Shown: positions 1 through 10,057, numbered from the stretch's first letter. The stretch is 17,244 nucleotides of DNA from an uncultured virus (IMG/VR IMGVR_UViG_2061766007_001796) (IMGVR_UViG_2061766007_001796), one strand, 5' to 3'. Numbers and translations are program-made. The notes: generated by a model from the letters alone, not told the origin.

Positions 1-390
1 TGCCTAGATAGATATGCGTTCTAAATCGCGAAGAATAGCGGTAAAGCAACTAGCACTAGTTAGTTACTCTAAAGAGTAAAAGAGTGACACAATTGTAGTG
101 AATTGAACCGAGATAGATTTTATTAGATATAATCTAATAATTTTAGTCTTGGGTAGCATGTTTAGGTAGCATTGCAGTGTCATGAGTGTTGTGCGGAGGG
201 TAAGAAACGTAAGGCACACAACACTATACATACATACTTAAGCACGAGAAGACCCCCCCTATACCGACGACAACGGGGGAGGGGCACATCACACACACAA
301 TATCCCAATCCACATTTTTTCCTATTTTTTAAGTCATTATTAGACTTTTTTGATACTGATTTGTGTATGTGCATAACGTACATTATAGGT

Positions 391-847
391 ATGAAACAAG
401 CGCCTTTAGAAGTTTTATCACCCTATGAAGCCTCAATTATTCGCGGAACTCGTGGTAGTAAGGCTGATTTAATCGTGAGTGAGCAGAGAACTAAGGCAAT
501 TCTTAATAATATGCTTGGAATGAAGACTACTGTGCTTGTTGATGGTACTGAAGTCGAGGCTAGTATTGAAGAAATCTTAGTGGCTTCCGCNNNNNNNNNN
601 GACTAAGAGGATTTTAGACAATATGCTTGGGACTAAGACATCCGTTATATTGGAGGATGGTACTGAAGTCGAGGCTAGTATTGAAGAAATCTTAGTGGCT
701 TCCGCCATTAGCGAGGAGTTAGCACATCCGAAGGGTTTAGAGACCTTGGAGAGACTTGCGAAGATTAGGGGCGAAATGAGTGATAAGCCGATTGAGGTCA
801 ATGTTTCTTTAGTTGATAAGGATTTGGCGAAGAGGGCGATTGAATGA
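391..847 (+). CDS. terS: Putative terminase small subunit (about 113 aa; assembled from divergent allelic fragments 391-590, 601-847 and 928-1033)
   Basis: ATG at 391 (MKQAPLEV...). Fragments overlap via DGTEVEASIEEILVASA. The C-terminus LERLAKIRGE...PIEVNVSL resembles TerS oligomerisation/tail regions. Its TGA overlaps the TerL ATG (GAATGACC). Assignment is mainly positional. Confidence 0.6.
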
Positions 848-1029
848 CCTTAGCAGACAAAGAATTGGCGCCTTATGATAATGACTTAACGGTCTATTTT
901 CAAGGGTTGAAACTTCCNNNNNNNNNNAACAATCGAAAGATTAGCGAAAATCCGTGGTGAAATTAGTGATAAGCCTCTCGAAGTGAATGTTTCACTCGTT
1001 GATAAGGATTTGGCGAAGAGGGCGATTGA

Positions 1030-3768
1030 ATGACCTTAGCGGACAAAGAATTAGCGCCTTATGATAATGACTTAACGGTCTATTTTCAAGGGTTGAAACT
1101 TCCTGTCTACGTGGTCATGGAGAAACTTCTTAAAATCACCGATAAAGACGGGCATAGCGTGCCGTTTATTCTTAATAGACAGCAAGTTGAATTATATAAA
1201 GAGATTTGCAAGCAAAGAAGAGCGGGCAAGCCAGTTAGACAAAACATCCTTAAGTCAAGACAAATTGGTTATTCAACCTTTATCGCGGGCTTGTTCTTTG
1301 TGATAGGGATGTTTACGCCAAATATGAAAGTGGGTGTCGTCGCGGACGTTGAAAAACACGCGAAGGACATCTTTGCGAAGTACGAGTATTTCTACAATCA
1401 TTTGAATGATAGTAATCCGTTGAAGGATGAAATTGAGAATTACGAGCGTACTCACAGAGGTATGCGACATCCGAACACTTATCAACCAGAACTCAAGGCA
1501 CAACGTGGTCAGACAATGATGGCGACCAAGGCTGGTAACTCGATTATTGAAGTAGTCGTGGCTGGCGAAGGCTCTGGTCGTTCTAATACTTACCACCTCC
1601 TCCATCTATCAGAGTGTGCATTTTTCAAAAACTTGAAGATTACACTCAACGGTCTTCTTGAAACCGTTTCTAGTAAGAATAAGAACTCCTTTATTTTCTT
1701 AGAGACCACTGCAAACGGCTTTAACGAATACAAAGATAGATGGGANNNNNNNNNNTGCAGGCTTGTTCTTTGTGATAGGGATGTTTACGCCAAATATGAA
1801 GGTGGGTGTTGTAGCGGACGTTGAGAAACACGCGAAAGACATCTTTGCGAAGTACGAGTATTTCTACAATCATTTGAATGATAGTAANNNNNNNNNNAAT
1901 CACACTTAACGGTCTTCTTGAAACCGTTTCTAGTAAGAATAAGAACTCTTTTATCTTCTTAGAGACCACTGCAAACGGATTTAACGAATACAAAGATAGN
2001 NNNNNNNNNGATTACACTTAACGGTCTTCTTGAAACCGTTTCTAGTAAGAACAAGAACTCCTTTATCTTCTTAGAGACCACTGCAAACGGATTTAACGAA
2101 TACAAAGATAGATGGGATAAGGATTGCCTTGGCAATACTTCCTATCATGCGCTTTTCATGCCTTGGTTTAAGAACCCAGAGTATTGTAACGAAGAGTTTA
2201 ACTTGCCAAATGTGAAAATGCCAGTGATGGAAGAGTGGCTTTACGAAAAGGGGAGACAATATGGTCTCACTAATGGTCAACTAGTCTGGTATTGGGACAA
2301 ATATCAAGACAAAGGTGACAAAGGGTTGGTACTTCAAGAGTACCCGTTCTGTCCTACGGACAGTTTCCTCACTAGTGGTAACTGCATATTCAACACTGAN
2401 NNNNNNNNNCAATGGTCAACTAGTCTGGTATTGGGACAAATATCAAGACAAAGGCGACAANNNNNNNNNNACTGATTGCGAAGCGCAAAGAAGAGTTGCT
2501 AGAGACCCTAGAACACGTCCGTAGAGGNNNNNNNNNNGTTAATAGCGAAGCGTAAAGAAGAGTTGCTAGAGACCCTAGAACACGTCCGTAGAGGNNNNNN
2601 NNNNAGGTCACCCCTATATCGTAAACTGCGACCCCGCGATGGGCGGTGAAGACTTNNNNNNNNNNAAGATTTGCGACCACTGCGAGATATTCTGAAGACG
2701 GTAAGGAAATCGCTTTTCAAAATCTCGGTTTCGTAGATGGACGGAATGGTGACATAGCCCTTTATGAGGAGCCAATAGATGGTCACCCCTATATCGTAAA
2801 CTGCGACCCCGCGATGGGCGGTGAGGACTTCTACGCGATACAAGTGCTAGACAACTACACATGTAAGCAAGTAGCCGTGTATCACACTAACGCGCCTAGC
2901 GGGGACGACGAAGTTGCATTCCAATTAGTGGCTTTAGGGCAGTATTACAACAACGCTCTAATTTCTGCGGAATGTAACAACTCCAATGGTTCCTACATAC
3001 TGCAAGTAGCAGACAAATGTGGATATAAGTTCATTTATCAAGATACCGAATATGACGCGTTGACTGATAGATGGGACAACCGCTTCGGTTATAAGACCAA
3101 GCAAAACAACAAAAACGTCATGGTCACAATGCTGAAATTGGCGTTTAGAGACAACTACCGCATGATAAACGACTTCAGAACACTGTGTGAAATGGAGGAG
3201 TTTGAGGTCTACCGCAACGAAAACACACAAAAGGAGACCTATCGTGCGAGTGGGAGCGCTCACGACGACTTAGTAATNNNNNNNNNNATCTGCGGAATGT
3301 AACAACTCCAATGGTTCCTACATACTGCAAGTTGCAGACAAATGTGGATATAAGTTCATTTATCAAGATACCGAATACGACGCGTTGACTGATAGATGGG
3401 ACAACCGCTTCGGTTATAAGACCAAGCAAAACAACAAAAACGTCATGGTTACAATGCTAAAATTAGCGTTCCGTGACGATTATCGCATGATAAACGACTT
3501 CAGAACACTATGTGAAATGGAGGAGTTTGAGGTCTACCGCAACGAAAACACGCAAAAGGAGACCTATCGTGCGAGTGGGAGCGCTCACGACGACTTAGTA
3601 ATGTCGTTATGCGGATGTTTCCTTATAAGAAACTCGCAGGTGCAGGATTGCGTGCCTAAAAAACGCGCGGAAAGCAAGTTTGAGGAGTTTCATGAAGACC
3701 CATTCGCTCAAGTAAGAGCGCAAAAGCAAAAAAATATGATTAAAAAGAAGAGGTTTATTCAATGGTAG
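1030..3768 (+). CDS. terL: Terminase large subunit (about 610 aa after joining 1030-1745, 2118-2399, 2471-2527, 2666-3277, 3603-3768)
   Basis: Adenine-binding LNRQQ, Walker A LKSRQIGYST, Walker B YHLLHLSE, coupling motif LETTANG, RNase H-like nuclease YIVNCDPAMGGED and C-terminal GSAHDDLVMS. Joined fragments total 1833 nt, in frame. Confidence 0.95.
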
Positions 3769-4046
3769 TACAAAAATTAAAGGATTTAGACATTGAAAAG
3801 GTCAAAATGGCGAAAGAAGTCATGGCAATTCTTGAAGTTTTAGGTATCGACGAAGACGACCTCCTTTTATTAAAAGAAATGCCCGCTATGAAGGCGGAAT
3901 TAGAAGAACTTAGACAGTTCAAAGCGGATGTTATAAGGACATTAGAGGTTAGAAACGCTAATAATGACGTTAAATCCGCTAGCGAAATAGTCAAAAAAGT
4001 TTACAAAGGCGAAGTAAAGGAGTTCAACCCTCACTATGAGCAATAA
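3762..4046 (+). CDS. Hypothetical 94-aa helical/coiled-coil protein between terL and portal
   Basis: Intact ORF with AAGAGG upstream. Overlaps the terL stop and the portal start. A variant copy at 4363-4457 keeps the frame. Confidence 0.75.
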   Translation: MVVQKLKDLDIEKVKMAKEVMAILEVLGIDEDDLLLLKEMPAMKAELEELRQFKADVIRTLEVRNANNDVKSASEIVKKVYKGEVKEFNPHYEQ

Positions 4047-6503
4047 AGACGAGAAAGAATATAGCGCTAGTTATCGACTTTATCTTTTAGATAAATCCTT
4101 TAAAATTGGTTCCAATTTAATCGACGTTGTTAAAGAAACACGTGATTTCTTTGAAGGCAAGCAATTTGGTGACGAAAACGACGACAACGCTATTAGAGTT
4201 TCTCTTAACTTTATGCAGATGTGCGCTAAATTAAAAGCCTCAAAAGTAGTGGGTACCGAAAGATATATCACTTTTACCGCTGATAATGACTATGATTGCC
4301 ACGAACTTCAACGTTTCGACGAATATAACATCCGTAAACTCGACGAAAAAACNNNNNNNNNNAAAACGCTAATAATGACGTTAAATCCGCTAGCGAAATT
4401 GTCAAAAGAGTTTATAAAGGCGAAGTAAAGGAGTTCAACCCTCACTATGAGCAATAAAGACGAGANNNNNNNNNNCGCTGAAGAAGAAACTGGCGTAGAA
4501 AAGCAATACGTAAACCACGGTCTTTGCACATTATTTACAAGATTTTTCCGTATTGAAGGTGAAGTTTGCTTCATGTGCTCCACTAGAGAGGTCGATTTAT
4601 TNNNNNNNNNNGAATGCGTTTATCTCAGTTTTGAACGCCTTTGTTGACGCTACTGCCGTTTATGGTTATCGCTGGGACGAAGATAACACCACTTATAAAG
4701 GTATTTATAAGGGTGGTTTAGTGGGCAATAACTACAATATCTTGTGCTGGGCTGTCGCTGACCCATTCTTACATGATTTGCAAGGTCAAAAATGGGTTAT
4801 GTACTGGAAGGAAGCCGACGTTGAAGGCGTCAGAGCGCTTGTTGAAAGAGAAGACGAAGAAGAAGCAAANNNNNNNNNNTGAGTTCCCACACTTCATGAA
4901 CCCAAATGTTAATAAAGCAATTAAGAAAAAAGCCAAAGAAATCATTAAAGACTATAAAAACCGTGATAAAAAAGAAGACGAAGACGAACAATCGTTCAAC
5001 AAAGTTGACGATTATCGCATGGATATTGAAGATTTAGCGGTTCAAATTGGCAATCACAAGGTATTTAGCGACGACGCTTACGCTGAAGTCAAAGAAAAGT
5101 TCTATCTTTACCCATTCACATTCTATACACCAGACGAAACACCAGACAGTTTCTACGGCTTCTGCTGTTTAAGAGACATGGTTCGTGTTCAAAAAGGCTA
5201 TAACTTCGCTATTTCTATGACCCTTAAGTGCATTGAAAATAACGCTTATAACAAAATTATCGTTAAAGAAGGTGCTCTCCAAGGTCAAGAAATCACCAAC
5301 GAAGCGGGTCAAGTTATTGTTGACCACACCCGTATGCAAAACGGCTTTGGTATCAAGTTTGCTGAAAGCCAACCAATCCCTAATGGCGTGATGGACTTTG
5401 CAAGCAATTTGTTCAGCCAAACACGTGTTATNNNNNNNNNNTGTGGACAAAGCCAAATATACATTTGAATTACCTAATTACAAGGTCGACCAAGAAGAAG
5501 AAAGCAGACAAATGTTACTTGCTCGTCAACAACAAATGCAAGCACAAGGTCAACAACTTGAAGTTGGTGACCAAGACCTTACAAAACCCACTAAGCAGTG
5601 GCAAGTCAGAGATTTCTCTGGCAAAGATATGTTTGGCACAAACTTCNNNNNNNNNNTCACGGTTTTGACGAAGTCATGAACGGTGACGTTTCTAACCAAG
5701 ACATCAGTGGTTATGCCGTTCAACAAATGATTAAACAATCCAATACTTCTATCGAACAACAACAACAATTGTTCTGGAAGTTTGAAAAAGAAAAGGCTGA
5801 AATCCGCTTAATGTTCTATAAGTTCTACGTGGACAAAGCCAAATACACCTACGAATTACCAAATTATAAGGTTGACCAAGAAGAAGAAAGCAGACAAATG
5901 TTGCTTGCTCGTCAACAACAAATGCAAGCACAAGGTCAACAACTTGAAATTGGTGACCAAGACCTTACAAAGCCCACTAAGAAGTGGCAAGTCAGAGATT
6001 TCTCTGGCAAAGATATGTTTGGCACAAACTTCGATGTCAATATCGACGTTATCCAAGGTCTTGCTGATAGCAAGTTAGCGGAAGCACAAATGTGGGATAC
6101 CCTCATTATGAATGGCAACATTCAAAATATGGAACCTGAAATGCTTGAACTCTACCTTGAAGCCAACCCAACCGTTTCTCAACGTAGTAAAGCCACTCTT
6201 AAGGCAATCGTTGAAAAACAAAAGATGTCTGAAAATTACCAACTCAAACAAAAACTTCAAGAGGCTGTGCAATTATTGCAAAGACTTGCTCAATACTCTA
6301 AAGAGTTGGAAGCCCAAAATAACTTTAAAACCCAATACGCTGACAACCTTACTAAAGAGTTTGTCGAGAAGATTGGAGTTGCCAATAAAGTCATTAGTGC
6401 TCAAAACCAAGCGCTCGATAAAAATGCTGTCGAAGAAGGCGAAGGTAAGAGCAATAACGCAAGAGGTATTAAGGGTACCTCAATTAACCCCGAAGTCCAA
6501 TAG
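4036..6503 (+). CDS. Portal protein, P22-like (699 aa or more; true fragment order 4036-4352, 4612-4869, 4476-4601, 4880-5431, 5657-6503)
   Basis: SD AAGGAG before the ATG at 4036. Portal-like motifs: FFEGKQF, LYPF...PDSFYG...DMVRVQKGYNFAIS, G-x-DEV-x-NG...SGYAVQQMIKQSN, FDVNIDV, and a C-terminal coiled-coil. Position after terL. Reordered fragments join in frame (2100 nt), though a piece may be missing at 4869/4476. Confidence 0.85.
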
Positions 6504-6534
6504 TGCTTAAGCAAGCACGTGGATATAAACTCGC

Positions 6535-6612
6535 TTGAGATAGCGTTAAAAAACTCAACCGCATGGAATAGCGCAAAAAATCCATTCGCAATCCGATAGC
6601 GGTCTGAAAGGA
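6535..6612 (+). promoter_or_regulatory. Structured leader of scaffold gene: three tandem hairpins with ATAGCG...AAA loops
   Basis: TTGAG/CTCAA (6535-6558), ATGGA/TCCAT (6563-6585) and TCC/GGA (6592-6612). ATAGCG occurs at 6540, 6568 and 6596. The third stem overlaps SD AAAGGA. Confidence 0.6.
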
Positions 6613-6619
6613 CATTAAC

Positions 6620-7809
6620 ATGGAAGACAAAAAGAAAACTCCTCCAACCGAGGTCTTAGACGACGACTTCGACGATGAAGAAGAAGTTGAAGAGACTGAA
6701 GAAGAGGAACAAGAGGACTTGGATGTCGAAGACATCGACGACGAGGAAGAAAAATCCGAGGAAGCCGAAGAAGAAAGTCGTGACGACGACGAAAAAAAGG
6801 AAGACAAAAAAGTCCAAACCAAAGAAGAACGCGCTCATTACGCTAAATTACGTAGAGAACGCGAAGCCAAAGAGCGTGAAGACCGTGAGAAACGCATTCG
6901 CGAAGAAGCGTATCTCAAAGGCAAACTCGAAGGCAACAAGGTAAACACCTTTACCGAAGAACCAATCAACGACGAATATGACTTGTTCATATTTGAAACT
7001 CAAAAAGAACTTGAGAAAGAGGGCAAAGACCCAATCGCTGATTTGCCAAAGCGTTTAGCGGAAATTAACCGCGCAAAGGCTAAGGAAGAAAGCGATAAGG
7101 TCAAAAAACAAAACGAACTTAACGAACAAATTGACAAAGAGTTCCAAGAGTTCCGTAGCAAATACCCAGATGTNNNNNNNNNNCAACTTTAAAACCCAAT
7201 ACGCTGACAACCTCACTAAAGAGTTTGTTGAGAAGATTGGCGTTGCCAATAAAGTCATTAGTGCTCAAAACCAAGCGCTCGATAGAAATGCTGTCGAAGA
7301 AGGCGAAGGCAAGAGCAATAACGCAAGAGGTATTAAGGGTACCTCAATTAACCCAGAAGTCCAATAGTGCTTAAGCAAGCACGTGGATATAAACTCGCTT
7401 GAGATNNNNNNNNNNACCAAAGCGTTTAGCGGAAATTAACCGCGCAAAGGCTAAAGAAGAAAGCGAAAAGGTCAAAAAACAAAACGAACTCAATGAACAA
7501 ATTGACAAAGAGTTCCAAGAGTTCCGTAGCAAATACCCAGATGTCAATCTTAAGGAATTGCTAAAAAACCCCGATTTCGCTGATTACGCTGATGGTAGAT
7601 TAGGTACTGGTGGCAAAACTCTTACTCAATTATACGAAGCCTTTAATAATTTCAAAAAGAAATTAGGCGTTAAAGAACAAGAAGAGGACACTGGTAAAAA
7701 AGGTGCTCCAAGTCCAGATGGCGGGCGCAAACAAAAAGAAACTTCTTATTCTAAAATGAGCGAAGAGGAAAAAATCAAAGAACTACGAAGACAAGGCTTA
7801 ATTAACTAA
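6620..7809 (+). CDS. Capsid scaffolding protein (about 272 aa; 6620-7173 joined to 7545-7809)
   Basis: Very acidic N-terminus, charged helical middle (QTKEERAHYAKLRRERE), EFRSKYPDV, and a short C-terminal helix (YSKMSEEEKIKELRRQGLI) typical of coat-binding tails. Located between portal and MCP. Confidence 0.85.
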
Positions 7810-7830
7810 TCCTTGTCTAATACAAGGAGG
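7789..7830 (+). promoter_or_regulatory. MCP Shine-Dalgarno (AAGGAGG 7824-7830) with two mutually exclusive stems
   Basis: AGACAAGG 7789-7796 pairs with CCTTGTCT 7811-7818. Alternatively TCCTTGT 7810-7816 pairs with ACAAGGA 7822-7828. Confidence 0.5.
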
Positions 7831-7838
7831 CTACCATT

Positions 7839-9260
7839 ATGCCAAAAACACAAACTTTAGGAGATATGCTCAAACTTGGTGATTTACCATTAGAGCAAAA
7901 AGAACAAATCTCCGACGCTATCAAATATAGCGCTGAACACGAAGGTGAAATGTACACCCAAGTTAACCACGCTAAGTTAGACGCTAATAAAACCTCTATG
8001 GTTTTCTATCGTTCCTACTTACCAAAAATCGATAAAACCTCTGACCGCTATGCTAACGGCTTAGTCGAAGGCGTCACACCAGACCCAGAACAAATCAACG
8101 AAGCGGAGTTCTCCGTGTCCGTTATTGAAAATGGCTGGTACTACAAGTTCACAAACAAAGCCATTAACCATGCTTGGTTAGACATCAAAGCACGTTGCTC
8201 CAAGTTCTTAGCCAACTTATTCAAGACATACCACGATGAAAAAATCGCTGACGCTTATTTAAGTTCCGCTAACACAGTTACAGGTCTCGACCCATTAAAG
8301 TATGAAGACCTCTTAAGATTAAAATCCATTCTCTTTAAGAATGGTGGTACAGGCGACATTATCTTCAAATCTAACTTTGAAGTTATCGACGCTATGTGCA
8401 TGACTTACAAAGACATCTTTGAAAGCAACCTCAAAAACGACCAATTATTAGAAGGCGAAGTTGGCAAAGTCGCTGGTATCAGACTTGTCAAATCTCGCTT
8501 GCAAGCGTTTGAAAAGGTTTCCACAAATCACCCATTCGTTTGCTACTGCAAAAACCAAAACGGTGAATACCCAGTTACCATTTGCGCCTACGACAATATG
8601 GCTGAAGACATCATTGTCACTCCATTAGGCGGTCTCGGTAACGACCCATTAAAACAAAGAGGCGCTATCGGCTTATACGTCGATGGTCATGGCTTCTATG
8701 TCAGCGACGACGCTATCTGCATTCGTGGCGTAATTGCGAACTCCGCAATCTCCGCTAAACTCTCCAGCCTCGTCCCAACCACCAACTTCGCGAACCTCAA
8801 GAGCGACTTCGACTTCAATGACGGTGCTCGTTCTAAAAAATCCGCTGAAGGCAGTGCAAGAGCCATCGTTCCACAATNNNNNNNNNNACAATATGACAAT
8901 CCAAACGTTGTCACAGTTGTGACAGTCGAAATCATTGACAGTGGTGTCGGCTCTGGCGTTATCGCCTAATAAAACTAAATATTGCAGGTAGGCACCCGTT
9001 ATGGGCGGGTGCTTACTTGCTCAAGTAAGAAAGNNNNNNNNNNATGACTACGTCAAGATTAACCAATACTCCAGCGGTACAACCGCCAACACATTGGCTA
9101 TCAAAGCGTTCAAAGCCGATGGTAGTGAATGGCAATTTGGTAATGCCAATGGCAAACTCACAATCGCAAGTGGTAACACAAGCGTTGCGACAGTTGCTGT
9201 TGCCTCCAACGTTGCTACATTAACCACAGTCGACGGTGGTGTTGTTACATTGCTCTTAAA
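7839..9260 (+). CDS. Major capsid protein, N4-gp56-like family, with C-terminal Ig-like domain (about 445 aa; order 7839-8877, 9044-9260, 8888-8969; second allele of the 3' end at 9271-9771)
   Basis: Motifs LVEGVTP, LLEGEVGKVAGIRLV and GNDPLKQRGAIG match my recollection of this family. Strong SD. The three pieces abut exactly (CAAT|ATGAC and TTAAA|ACAA) to give 1338 nt in frame. The 177-N gap in the second allele sits at the position of the 217-nt piece. Confidence 0.88.
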
Positions 9261-9785
9261 NNNNNNNNNNTGGTAACGACCCATTAAAACAAAGAGGCGC
9301 TATCGGCTTATATGTCGATGGTCATGGCTTCTATGTCAGTGACGACGCTATCTGCATTCGTGGTGTAATTGCGAACTCCGCAATCTCCGCTAAACTCTCC
9401 AGCCTCGTCCCATCCACCAACTTCGCGAACCTCAAGAGCGACTTCGACTTCAATGACGGTGTTCGTTCTAAAAAATCCGCTGAAGGCAGTGCAAGAGCCA
9501 TCGTTCCACAATNNNNNNNNNNNNNNNNNNNNNNNNNNNNNNNNNNNNNNNNNNNNNNNNNNNNNNNNNNNNNNNNNNNNNNNNNNNNNNNNNNNNNNNN
9601 NNNNNNNNNNNNNNNNNNNNNNNNNNNNNNNNNNNNNNNNNNNNNNNNNNNNNNNNNNNNNNNNNNNNNNNNNNNNNNNNNNNNNNNNNGCAATATGACA
9701 ATCCAAACATTGTCACAGTAGTGACAGTCGAAATCGTTGACAGCGGTGTCGGCTCTGGCGTTATCGCCTGATAAAACTAAATCTC

Positions 9786-9831
9786 GCAGGTAGGCACCCG
9801 TTATGGGCGGGTGCTTACTTGCTCAAGTAAG
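9786..9831 (+). terminator. Long GC-rich stem-loop after MCP stop (weak terminator or mRNA-stabilising hairpin); identical copy at 8984-9029
   Basis: GCAGGTAGGCACCCGTT-ATG-GGCGGGTGCTTACTTGC forms up to 17 bp including G-U pairs. There is no U-tract, so it is not a canonical intrinsic terminator. Confidence 0.5.
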
Positions 9832-9850
9832 AAAGTGAGGCTTTAAAATT

Positions 9851-10057
9851 ATGGCAATCCCAACAGAAGAACAAACATTAGCAATGCTCAAGGCAGAGCA
9901 AAAGGTAAAAATCCGTATTAGAAAGGACGACAACAATCCTAACTACGTTACTGAAAGAGTGTACGTTAACGGTGTTTGTTACCAAATTGAAGTCGGTGAA
10001 TATGTTGAAGTTCCCGAAACAATTGCTAAAATGTTAGAAGAAAAAGGTATCATTTAA
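9851..10057 (+). CDS. Small 68-aa conserved phage protein following the capsid gene
   Basis: GTGAGG SD. Motif VYVNGVCYQIEVGEYVEVPETIAKML resembles small proteins I recall downstream of N4-gp56-type MCP genes. Function unknown. Confidence 0.8.
   Translation: MAIPTEEQTLAMLKAEQKVKIRIRKDDNNPNYVTERVYVNGVCYQIEVGEYVEVPETIAKMLEEKGII

Noticed and set aside
172..390. N-terminal extension of the 172..606 ORF and the 180..383 minus-strand ORF
   Set aside because: Low-complexity, palindrome-rich sequence with an implausible translation. ATG 391 is the more credible start.
350..391. Sigma-70 promoter giving a leaderless terS mRNA (TACATT at 379-384)
   Set aside because: No convincing -35 at proper spacing, so it is too weak to call.
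6535..6612. 28-nt periodic motif as a mini CRISPR array
   Set aside because: The conserved unit is only 6 nt, the period is far too short, and no cas genes are present.
8831..8850. TCT AAA AAA TCC as a programmed -1 frameshift giving an Ig-less capsid
   Set aside because: It is not a canonical X XXY YYZ heptamer and there is no evident stimulatory structure, so it is unsupported even though the -1 frame stops quickly.
1030..9771. Fragmented terL, portal, scaffold and MCP as pseudogenes, introns or inteins
   Set aside because: All breaks coincide with N-gaps and the pieces rejoin in frame. No intein or homing-endonuclease motifs were seen.
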